Under the pieces are notes generated by a model. The model had not been told where the DNA came from. It was given only the letters and a program-made list of their open reading frames with translations, and did no database searches. Position numbers and translations under genes: made by a program. A stretch of 64,000 nt of DNA from Somniosus microcephalus (taxonomy: Eukaryota): NCBI GenBank assembly GCA_052327205.1, contig CM126211.1, positions 234,918,001 to 234,982,000 on the forward strand. Reading direction: 5' to 3'. Within the stretch, counting starts at the first letter, position 1; each line of letters starts with the position of its first letter. This document shows, in pieces, positions 47,442 to 59,000 of the stretch.

Positions 47442-50172
47442 AGGACAGACAGGAAGGAAAGGGAGGTGGGGTTGCTATGTTAATCAAGGATGGAATCACT
47501 GCAATAGTGAGAAATGATATTGGGTCAAAGGATCAGGATAGTGAAACAGTTTGGGTGGAGATAAGGAATAATAAGGGGAAAAAGTCACTAGTGGGCGTAG
47601 TCTATAGGCCTCCTAACAGTTGCAACTCTGTTGGTCGGAGTATAAATCAGGAAATAGGTGGGGCTTGTAATAAGGGAACAGCTATAATCATGGGGGATTT
47701 TAACTTTCATATTGACTGGACAAATCAAATTGGGCAGGGCAGCCTTGAAGAGTTCATAGAGTGCATTAGGGGCGGGTTCCTTGAGCAGTATGTAACTGAA
47801 CCAACCAGGGGGCAGGCAATCTTAGATCTGGTCCTGTGTAATGAGACAGGATTAATAAAAAATGTCCTAGTAAAGGATCCCCTTGGAATGAGTGACCATA
47901 ACATGGCTGAATTCCAAATTCAGTTGGAGGGTGAGAGAGTTGGATCTCAAACCAGCGTACTAAGCTTAAATAAAGGAGACTATGAAGGTGTGAGAGCAGA
48001 GTTGACTAAAGTGGACTGGGAAAATAGATTAAAGTGTAAGACGGTACATGAGCAGTGGTGTACATTCAAGGAGATATTTCACAACTTTCAAGAAAAATAT
48101 ATTCCACTGAGGAAAAAGGGGCGTAAAAGAAAAGACAGCCATCCGTGGCTAAGTAAAGTAATAAAGGATAGTATCCGACTGAAAACAAGGGCATATAAAG
48201 TAGCCAAATCTAGTGGGAGAATAGAAGATTGGAAGCATTTAAAAGCCAGCAAACAATAACTAAAAGATTAATTAAGAAAGGGAAGATAGATTATGAAAGT
48301 AAACTAGCAAAAAATATAAAACCAGATAGCAAGAGTTTCTACGGTTATATAAAAAGAAAAAGGGTGGCTAAAGTGAACATTGGTCCCTTAGAGGACGAGA
48401 CTGGGAAACTAGTGGTGGGGAACATGGAGATGGCAAAAACGCTGAACAAATATTTTGTATCAGTCTTTACAGTAGAGGACACTAAAAATATCCCAACACT
48501 GGACAAACAGGGGGCAATGGGGGGAGGAGCTAAACACGATTAAAATCACAAAGGAGGTGGTACTCGGTAAAATAATGGGACTAAAGGCGGATAAATCCCC
48601 TGGACCTGATGGCTTACATCCTAGGGTCTTGAGAGAAGTGGCGGTGGGGATTGCGGATGCATTAGTGGTACTTTTCCAGAACTCCCTGGATTCAGGTAAG
48701 GTCCCAGCAGATTGGAAAACTGCTAATGTAATGCCCTTATTTAAAAAGGGAAGTAGACAAAAGGCTGGAAACCATAGACCAGTTAGCCTAACATCTGTGG
48801 TTGGTAAAATGTTGGAGTTCATTATTAAGGAAGCAGTAACAGGACATTTGGATAAGCATAATTTAATCGGACAGAGTCAGCATGGTTTTATGAAGGGGAA
48901 GTCATGTTTGACAAATTTGCTCGAATTCTTTGAGGACGTGACAAACAGGGTGGATAAAGGGGAACCAGTGGATGTGGTGTATTTGGACTTCCAAAAGGCA
49001 TTTGACAAGGTGCCACACAAAAGATTACTGCACAAGATAAAAAATCACGGGATTGGGGGTAATATACTGGCATGGGTGGAAGATTGGCTATCTAACAGAA
49101 AACAGAGAGTTGGGATAAATGGTTCATTCTTGGGTTGACAATCAGTAACTAGTGGTGTTCCGCAGGGGTCAGTGCTGGGTCCCCAACTCTTTACAATCTA
49201 TATTAACGATTTGGAGGAAGGGACCGAGTGCAACGTATCCAAGTTTGCCGACGATACAAAGATGGGAGGGAAAGCAGTGAGTGAGGAGGACATAAAAAAC
49301 CTGCAAAAGGACATAGACAGGCTAAGTGAGTGGGCAGAGATTTGGCAGATGGAATATAATGTTGGAAAGTGTGAGGTTATGCACTTTGGCAGAAAAAATC
49401 AAAGAGCAAGTTATTATCTAAATGGAGAGAAACTGCAAAGTGCTACAGTACAAAGGGATCTGGGGGTCCTGGTGTATGAAACACAGAAAGTTAGTATGCA
49501 GGTGCAGCAGGTGATCAGGAAGGCCAATGGAATCTTGGCTTTTATTGCAAAAGGGATGGAGTATAAAAACAGGGAAGTCTTGCTTCAGTTATACAGGGTA
49601 TTGGTGAGGCCACACCTGGAATACTGCGTACAGTTTTGGTTTCCATATTTAAGAAAAGATATACTTGCTCTCGAGGCAGTTCGGAGAAGGTTCACTCGGT
49701 TGATTCCGGAGATGAGGGGGTTGACTTATGAGGAAAGGTTGAGTAGGTTGGGCCTCTACTCATTGGAATTCAGAAGAATGAGAGGCGATCTTATCGAAAC
49801 ATATAAGATTGTGAGGGGGCTTGATCGGGTGGATGCGGTGAGGATGTTTCCACTGATGGGTGAGACTAGAACTAGGGGCATAATCTTAGAATAAGGGGCT
49901 GCCGTTTCAAAACTGAGATGAGGAGAAACTTCTTCACTCAGAGGGTGGTGAATCTATGGAATTTGCTACCTCGGAGAGCTGTGGAAGCTGCGACATTAAA
50001 TAAATTTAAAACGGAGATTAGACAGTTTCCTAACTGATAAGGGAATTAGGGGTTACGGGGAGAGGGCAGGGAAGTGGATGTGAGTCTAGGTTCAGATCAG
50101 CCATGATCCTATTGAATGGCGGAGCAGGCCCGAGGGGCCGTATGGCCTACTCCTGCTCCTACTACTTATGTT
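47442..50172 (+). mobile_element. CR1 LINE with most of ORF2 (APE + RT) and 3' UTR; several frameshifts and stops
   Basis: GVVYRPP, MGDFN and SDH endonuclease motifs; KSPGPDG, YLDFQKAFDKVPH, KFADD; ORF pieces 47477-48259, 48229-48543, 48557-49138, 49172-49894. Confidence 0.94.
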
Positions 50173-50459
50173 CTCTCTCTGGATAGTTCTCTCTCTCACT
50201 GGATGTCGTTCTCTCTCGCTCGATCGATCTCTCTCTCTTCTCTAAATTGTGTATAAAGCGCCTTTAATGTAGAAATAGTTCCCAAGGCTTCAGAGAGGCA
50301 TTGGACAGAAAGTGGATGCCAAACCAAAGGAGAATATATAAAGATATAAATCAAGAGTCGATAGACACATCAGACTGGGGTTTAAAGATTGCAGCTTAGT
50401 CGGTGTGGAGTCCCACAGTTGATATCTTGGAAGAGGAGCGGTTAGACCCAGTAAACCAG

Positions 50460-50975
50460 GGGGAGATGAGAATTTTTTTTACACAGTGAGGTATGATGAT
50501 CTGGAATGCATTGCTTGCAAGGGCGGTGGAAGCAGATTCATAGAATCATAGAATGGTTACAGCACAGAAGGAGGCCATTCGGCCCGTCGAGTCCGTGCCG
50601 GCTCTCTGCAAGAACACCTCAGCTAGTCCCACTCCCCCGCCCTTTCCCCGTAGCCCTGCAAATTTTTTTCCTTCAGGTACTTATCCAACTCCCTTTTGAA
50701 AGCGGTGATTGAGTCTGGCTCCACCGCCCTTTCAGGCAGCGCATTCCAGATCCTCACCACTCGCTGCGTAAAGAAGTTTTTCCTCATGTTGCTTTTGGTT
50801 CTTCTGCCAATCACCTTAACTTTCAAAAGGGAATTGGATAAATACTTGAAAAGGAGAAATTCACAGGGCTGTGGGGAAAGAGCAGGGGGAGTGGGACTAA
50901 TTGGAGAGCTCGTTCAAAGAGCCGGCACAGGCACGATGGGCCGCATGGCCTCCTCCTGTGCTGTGTGATTCTCTG
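50460..50975. mobile_element. Older CR1 3' fragment (+) with a related copy (-, about 50540-50820) inserted, forming an inverted pair
   Basis: KNFFTQRVVRIWNALP on the - strand; FKRELDKYLK.....GCGERAG on both strands. Confidence 0.72.
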
Positions 50976-51469
50976 ATTAAAACCACCTGTAACAGCAGGG
51001 ACTTTCTCAATTTCTACTCCCTGAATTGCTGAGTAAACAGCAGAATGCAAATCCTGGCTGCCTGGCCAAGCACAAGCCGCCTTATCGCCACACTTAGGTA
51101 AACACCGAGAATTTGCATTTCCTGTGACCGTGTTTGCAGCACACCCTACTTATCTCGGCACGTTGCTAGAAGCGACAGCTTCATCCATGCAAGTGGGGTG
51201 GGGCATGGGAGAGAGAATTGACAAAAGTTTTTTTGTTGGATTGAGCAGCAACAAGATCAACGCAAAGCTGAAAAGACACGAGGAAACCACCGCCCACAGC
51301 ACCCAGAGGAGAGGCTGTGGTCTATCGGGGCGGAGCTCTCCTCTTCCCCCTTCCGATGGTGGCGGGCAGCCTTTCCCATGATCCTTCTCACCTAGGCACG
51401 ACCCTACCCTGAGCCACCGAGTCGATCGACCGTATGCCCGCACCTGAGCAGATGCCAAACGGACATATA

Positions 51470-52317
51470 CGGATGTGGTTTAATATTGGGAAGACCAAAG
51501 CCATTGACTTCGGTCCCCACCACAAGCTTCACTCCCTCGCCACCAACTCCAGCCCCCTCTCTGGCATCTGTCTGAGGCTGAACCACACTGTTCGCAACCT
51601 TGGTGTCATATTTCACCCCGACATGAGCTTCCGACCACATAACCGCGCCATCACTAAGACCGTCTGTTTCCACCGCCGGAGCATCGCCCGACTCCGCCTC
51701 TGCCTCTGCCTCAGCTCATCTGCTGCTGAAACCCTCATCCATGCCTTTGTTACCTCTAGACTTGACTATTCCAACACACTCCTGGCTGGCCTCCCACATT
51801 CTGCCCTCCGTAAACTTGAGGTCATCCAAAACTCGGCTGCCCGTGTCCTAACTCACACCGAGTCCCATTCGCCCATCACCCCCTGTGGTCGCTGACCTAC
51901 ATTAGCGCCCAGTTAAGCAGCGCCTCGATTTCAAAATTCACATCCTTATTTTCAAATCCCTCCATGGCTTCGCCCCTCCCTATCTCTGCAACCTCCTCCA
52001 GCCCCACAACCCTCCAAGATCTCTGCGCTCCTCCAATTCTGGCCTTTTGCTCATCTTGGATATTAATCACTCCATCATTGGCGGCCGTGCCTTCATCTGT
52101 CTGGGCCCTAAGCTCTGGAATTCCCTCCCTAAACCTCTCCGCCTCTCTCTCCTCCTTTAAGATGCTCCTTAAAACCGACCTCTTTGACCAAGCTTTTGGT
52201 CACCTGTCCTAATATCTCCTTATGTGGCTCGGTGTCAAATTTTGTTTGATAATCGCTCCTGTGAGCACCTTGGGACGTTTTACTACGTTAAAGGCGCTAT
52301 ATAAATGCTAGTTGTTG
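51470..52317 (+). mobile_element. L2 LINE 3' portion (unexpanded parent of the 55/56-bp unit)
   Basis: VRNLGVIF, AETLIHAFVTSRLDYSN, IQNSAARVLT; tail AAAGGCGCTATATAAATGCTAGTTGTTGT. Confidence 0.9.
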
Positions 52318-53084
52318 TGGTTGGTTTATGCTACACCCTCGGTACTTTCCCCCCCCCCCCCCCCCCTGCTGCAATCATGCTTTTTGTTTCTTTTCCATTT
52401 TCGAGAAGTTGATGATTTTTTTGTTGCCAGTTTTTTTGGGAACTGTCCGTTCAGTCTGTCGGTCTGGGAATGAACTGATGAGCGGTTTTGAGTTTAACTT
52501 GCGCCCTCCCGAGATTTCCTGAGTGACGATGTGAGCACAAGATTCTTGACTGTTGAGAGCTGATCACGGCGTATGGCTGGTTGTCAGATCCTCGCAGACC
52601 CAATCCGCTCCCTGGCAACAGCCTCGGCTCTGTGCTTTTATTAGTTTGCGTGATGTGGGTGACATTTGCAAGGCCGCATTAATTGCCCACCTTCAATTGC
52701 CCCAAGGACCTTAAGAATGGTCCACATAGTGTGGGACTGGAGTCAAGTGGTCCAGACAGGTAAGGATGGCAGGTTGTCTTCCTGAAGGACATTGGTGAAC
52801 CAGTTGGGATTTTACAACAATCGTGGTCGTTCTCAAATTACCAAAATTATTGAATCCAATTTCACAACTTGCACTGGTGGGATTTGATCTCCCGACCTCT
52901 AGGCCTAGCACTGGAACCACTGCTCTACTGTATCCTGGATCCCACGGCAGAATTCGAAGAGCAGGGGCGTTCTCCCCGGTGTCCCTCCTGGCCAATGTTC
53001 ACCCCTCAACCACTAAAAAACAGATGATCTGGTCATTATCACATTGCTGTCCGTGGGATCTTGCTGTGCTCAAACTGGCTGGGA

Positions 53085-53783
53085 CGTCCTGGGATCTTTT
53101 CCTTCCACCTGAGAGAGCAGACGGGGCCTCGGTTTAACATCTCAACTGAAAGACGGCACCTCCGACAGTGCGGCACTCCCTCAGTACTGCCCCTCCGCAC
53201 AGTGCAGCACTCCCTCAGTACTTCCCCTCCAACAGTGCGACGCTCCCTCAGTACTGCCCCTCCGACAGTGCGGCGCTCCCTCAGTACTGCCCCTCCGACA
53301 GTGCGGCGCTCCCTCAGTACTGCCCCTCCGACAGTGCGGCGCTCCCTCAGTACGGCCCCTCCGACAGTGCGGCGCTCCCTCAGTACGGCCCCTCCGACAG
53401 TGCGGCGCTCCCTCAGTACGGCCCCTCCGACAGTGCGGCGCTCCCTCAGTACGGCCCCTCCGACAGTGCGGCGCTCCCTCAGTACGGCCCCTCCGACAGT
53501 GCGGCGCTCCCTCAGTACGGCCCCTCCGACAGTGCGGCGCTCCCTCAGTACGGCCCCTCCGACAGTGCGGCGCTCCCTCAGTACGGCCCCTCCGACAGTG
53601 CGGCGCTCCCTCAGTACGGCCCCTCCGACAGTGCGGCGCTCCCTCAGTACGGCCCCTCCGACAGTGCGGCGCTCCCTCAGTACGGCCCCTCCGACAGTGC
53701 GGCGCTCCCTCAGTACGGCCCCTCCGACAGTGCGGCGCTCCCTCAGTACTGCCCCTCCGACAGTGCGGCACTCCCTCAGTACT
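53085..53783 (-). mobile_element. DeuSINE fragment with 33-bp array (about 19 units, 53159-53783), head missing
   Basis: Deu domain CCTCGGTTTAACATCTCA...GACGGCACC followed by the array. Confidence 0.85.
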
Positions 53784-53929
53784 CTGTTCAGAATGAATTG
53801 GGTGTTGTATGCCAGCAAGTCCGTTATCTTTTAAATGCCCCTGTGTGAGGACACAGAGCCTATTGAGTGACTGTATATTTCTGCTCTTTGCCTGGCTTTG
53901 GAAATGTTGGCTAGGAGTACTCTGTATGG

Positions 53930-54464
53930 ATTTGGTCTCCTTACCTAAGGAAGGATATACTTGCCATAGAGGGAGTGCAACGAAGGTTCACCAGACTGGT
54001 TCCTGGGATGGGGGGATTGTCCTATGAGGAGAGATTGAGTAGACTAGGCCTATATTCTCTAGAGTTTAGAAGAATGAGAGGTGATCTCATTGAAACATAC
54101 AAAATTCTTACAGGGCTTGACAGGGTAGATGCAGGGAGGATGTTTCTCCTGGCTGGGGAGTCTAGAACCAGGGGTCTCAGAATAAGGGGTCGGCCATTTA
54201 GGACTGAGATGAGGAGAAATTTCTTCACTCAGAGGGTGGTGAATCTTTGGAATTCTCTGCCCCAGAGGGCTGTGGATGCCGAGTCGTTGAGTATATTCAA
54301 GACAGAGAGCGATAGATTTTTGGACTCTAGGGGAATCAAGGGATATGGGGATAGTGCGGGAAAGTGGAGATGAGGTAGAAGATCAGCCATGATCTTATTG
54401 AATGGCGGAGCAGGCTCGAGGGGCCGCATGGCCGACTCCTGCTCCTATTTCTTATGTTCTTATG
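53930..54464 (+). mobile_element. CR1 3' fragment
   Basis: QRRFTRLVPGMGGLSYEERL...; tail TTCTTATGTTCTTATG. Confidence 0.9.
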
Positions 54465-54530
54465 AAAATCACCAGCTGGATTTGGATTTGGCACCTTGGG
54501 TTGGTATTCACCCCCGGAGAATATCAGTCC

Positions 54531-54744
54531 TGATGTAAACAGACTACTGATCGCTTGGTTTGAGTATAAAACAAGGCTTTAAGCAACTGTTTCACAACCA
54601 GGAGATTCTAGTTACATCACTAGTTCCTGGTTACAGAAACATCCTGAGCAAGCTGGGCCCACGCCCGAGTATTTATACTCCTTGGACGGTGCCACCAGCT
54701 GGCCGCCCAGTGTTACTTCATGAGTGATGATAAGATTCATGACA
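54531..54744 (-). mobile_element. Solo LTR (214 bp) with 5-bp TSD AGTCC
   Basis: TG...CA termini; AGTCC at 54526-54530 and 54745-54749; TATAAATA on the - strand; homologous to 63798-64000. Confidence 0.8.
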
Positions 54745-55383
54745 AGTCCCATTGTTTTTCCATTAAAGCACCTGGTCCCTACCCTCAACTACCCTTCCTG
54801 GGTAGCCTGTTGCAGCAGTCAAACACACTCTGAAGAAATACTTCCTGGCGTCTCTGAAATCTGTCCAAAGCAACAGGACCGTTGAACTGTAGAGGCTTAT
54901 AAACTCTTAGGGTTCTTCCAACATGATAGCGCTGCTCGCCTGGTGTTGGCAAGCTGTGGACGTGGTTTGGCTCTTGAAGGCGGACTACCCGTCTGTTTCT
55001 GCCAGAGATTGTATCTGTGTGTCATTTATCGTGGAATCGCCGTGCTGACCGCTTTCCCCGCCCTTTGTACAGCAATTTCATTGAAAGGAAGTGTCATTTG
55101 GCTAAAGTCCGTATTATTTTTATGTAAATAGAACGACCCAGGCAGCAGTTTCAGTTGAAATCAAACGCCACGAGTAAGCTGATTGTTAAAGCAGAGCAGA
55201 AAACGAGCACTTTCCTGCAGAACTTTCCCCTTATTGCCACATTGCCACAACACTCGATCGTGGCCTGGGATGTTGACATAGTGCCATATAACATCAGCAT
55301 CTCAAACCCGCTTCGCTTAAATTGCTTTGATCGTAGGCAAACACGGCGTGATCCTGTGACACTAAGCGGCAGTGAGAATTAAA

Positions 55384-55998
55384 GTGAGGGCGGTTCCTCA
55401 ATCACTACTCGGCCTGTGAGAGTGTGTGACTCCCTGCCCGGTGTGAGGGTGTTCCTCAATCACTACTCGGTCTGTGAGAGTGTGTGACTCCCTGCTCGGA
55501 GTGAGGGCGGTTCCTCAATCACTACTCGGTCTGTGAGAGTGTGTGACTCCCTGCCCGGTGTGAGGGTGTTCCTCAATCACTACTAGGTCTGTGAGAGTGT
55601 GTGACTCCCTGCTCGGAGTGAGGGCGGTTCCTCAATCACTACTCACCCTGTGAGAGTGTGTGACTCCCTGCCCGGTGTGAGGGTGTTCCTCAATCACTAC
55701 TCGGTCTGTGAGAGTGTGAGACTCCCCGCTCAGTGTGAGGGTGTTCCTCAATCACCACTCGGTCTGTGAGAGTGTGTGACTCCCTGCCCGGTGTGAGGGC
55801 GGTTCCTCAATCACTACTCGGTCTGTGAGAGTGTGTGACTCCCTGCCCGGGGGAGGGCGGTTCCTCAATCACTACTCACCCTGTGAGAGAGTGTGACTCC
55901 CCGCTCAGTGTGAGGGAGGTTCCTCAATCACTACTCAGTGTGTGACTCCCTGCCTGGGGTGAGGGCGGTTCTTCAATCACTGCTCACCCTGTGAGAGT
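55384..55998. repeat. 58/59-bp minisatellite, about 10 copies
   Basis: Unit GTGAGGGCGGTTCCTCAATCACTACTCGGTCTGTGAGAGTGTGTGACTCCCTGCCCGGT. Confidence 0.93.
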
Positions 55999-56077
55999 GG
56001 TGCCTGGTCTATCAGCGTGCCCCTGAGCACCGCTATGTCCATGCGTGTCCTTCAGTGCGTGCTCGGTCAGTGAGAAT

Positions 56078-59000
56078 TGTAAAGTCTGTGGGTTATATGG
56101 TGAATTAATACACAGACTACAAGAGTAACTTTAACAGGACTTTACTATTCGAAGGTCAGGGCGAATCTGCCCAATCAATCCTTACACCGCACTTATATAC
56201 CGGTGTGGTCACCACCGGTATTACAGTATACAGTAGCCAAGACAAAGTAGTGCAACCCTTAAAATAGTTCTCTTAAAGGTGGAACGTTACATACACTACA
56301 ATCCTCCCTTTTTAGGTTAACAATATATACATATTCCCATTAATATAACATCTTAACATATATACAACTTTATGTGAAACAGTTCACAGATTCAGTCTCT
56401 CTGGAGGCTTCCGGACTCTGTCCGGATAACGCCTCGGTGGTGTAGTCATTTTCGGTGGTGTAGTAGGTTCTTCTGGCAAGGTCGATTCGGCTTGAAGGAC
56501 CGTTTCAGGTTCATCGGATTCCAGTATTGCCGGATCGGAGGTAGATGCTCTGGGTATCTCTGCTTCAGCATTAGACGTATAGAGTTGTGGAGTAGGTTGG
56601 GCCTTTGTGGATGATTCTATGATCTGGTCAACATGGCGCCTTATTATGCTTTCACCAATGTCCACGGTATACATCAACGGTCCTAGCCTTTTTCCAATAG
56701 TTCCAGGCTGCCATTTCTCGGTACGGTAGTCCCGGGCCAAAACTTGTTGACCTATCTGAAAGGATCTAGTTGGCCTTTCATTCATGCCTTGAAATTGCCG
56801 GTTCTCTACGTCCCTTCTGACGTTTGGCTTAATCAAATCCAGCCGGCATCTTATTCTTCTGTTGAAAAACATCATGGCGGGAGTTTGGTTTGTGACCGCA
56901 TGTGTTGCATTCCTGTACGCCAACAAGAAGTTATCTACCTTATGTTGTAGATTTATGTCTTCATTACCCATGGCCTTTATGGCCTTCTTGAAGGTCTGGA
57001 CAAACCTTTCAGCTAATCCATTGGTGGCGGGATGGTATGGGGCAGATGTATAGTGCTTAACCCCATTGCTTTTTAAGAACTTCCTGAATTCTTCGGACAC
57101 AAATTGCGGTCCATTATCAGAACAGATCTGTTCCGGCAGCCCATTCCTGGCAAATATGGTCCTTAATACTGTGATGGTTTTTTCCGTGGTGGTGGAGGAC
57201 ATTTTTATTACCTCCAGCCACTTGGAGTGTGCATCCACTGCAATTAAAAACATTGAGTCCATAAATGGACCAGCAAAGTCGATATGTACCCTTTGCCATG
57301 GAGATGAGGGCCACTCCCATGGATGCAGAGGAGCTTGTGGTGGCGCGTTTTGGACCTTCTGGCATCGTAGACAGCTCTTGGTTATTTCTTCGATGTCTCC
57401 ATCAATACCTGACCACCACACAAACGCTCTGGCTAGGTTCTTCATTTTCACTCCACCCAGATGCCCCTCGTGAAGCTCCTTTAGTACTTTCTGCTGGAGT
57501 TTGGGTGGAATCACCACTCTAGATCCACACATCAAGGTTCCTCGGCACACTGACAGCTGTTCTCTTCTGTGCGAAAATGCTGGCAGCATTGGTTCGCCAT
57601 GTACTGGCCATCCCTCCACCGTTAAATCGTAGACTCGTGAGAGAGTCGGGTCATTTCTTGTTTCCTTTTCGATCATGGAATTTGTTACTGGTAGACATTC
57701 CATTATGGTTGAGTGGAACATCTCCACTGGGTCCACTGTAGTCACCTCTTCTTCCACTGGCAACGGTAGGCGCGATAACCCATCAGCATTTCCATGCTGT
57801 TTGGACCTTTTGTATTCGATGTCATATTGGTGTGCCCCGAGTAGAACGGACCACCTCTGTAGCCTTTGTGCTGTCATAGTGGAAACGGCCTTGTTAGGGT
57901 TGAATATGGACACCAACGGCTGGTGGTCTGTCAGCAATGTAAACTTCTTGCCCTGCAGGTAATGATTGAATTTCTTTACTCCCCACACAAGGCTGAGAGC
58001 CTCCCTATCTATCTGAGCGTAATTTCGCTCAGCGGAGGTCAATGATCAGGACGCAAATGCGACTGGCCTTTCCGAGCCATTTGGTAACTTGTGTGAGAGT
58101 ACAGCTCCAATACCATAAGGGGAAGCATCACAAGCTAGACGAAGAGGTAGCGTTGGGTTGAAGTGAGCCAACACTTCCTCAGAGGTAATCAACGCCTTGC
58201 TTCTGCGAAAGGCCTTCTTACAGTCCTCGCTCCACTTCCATGGTACTTCTTTCCGCAACAGAGCATTCAGCGGATGCAGCACCGTGGATAGATTTGGCAG
58301 AAACTTATGGTAATAATTAATCAACCCCAGAAACGACCTCAACTGTGATACATTTTCCGGAGCGGGGGCCTTCACGACCGCTTCGATCTTGTCAGGTGAC
58401 TTGTGCAGCCCCTCTTGGTCAATGACATGACCGCAGTACGAGATCCGTTTCTGGAAGAACTCACATTTCTGGCGATTAACTCGAAGGCCATATTCCTTCA
58501 ACCTGGTGAGCACCAGTTTCAAATTTGTGAGGTGTTCCTCCTCGTCTTTTCCCGTAATCAGGATATCGTCCAAGTAACACTGAGTGCTTGGAATACCCTG
58601 TAAGACCTGCTCCATGGCCCTCTGCCAAATTGCTGGAGCCGAAGCTACTCCAAAAACCAGTCTATTATATCGATACAAGCCTCTGTGCGTGTTGATTGTG
58701 AGATACTGGCGTGACTCTTCCTCGACCTCCATCTGTAAATATGCTTGTGCCAGGTCTATCTTGGTGAAGTGTTTCCCGCCAGACAATGAAGCAAAGATAT
58801 CCTCAATCCGCGGAAGCGGGTATTGTACCGTGTGAAGCACCGGATTAACTGTGATCTTGAAGTCTCCGCAGATGTGGACCTTCCCCGGTCCCCCTGGCTT
58901 GTTACTTGATGAAGACTTCATGACGGGAACAATGGGCGTGGCCCACTCACTCCAGTCCACCTTCGACAGTACCCCTGCACGTTCAAGCTCCTCCAGTTCT

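Noticed and set aside
46386-47483. SR/RE-rich ORFs resembling splicing factors
   Set aside because: Translation of the (TC)n compound microsatellite
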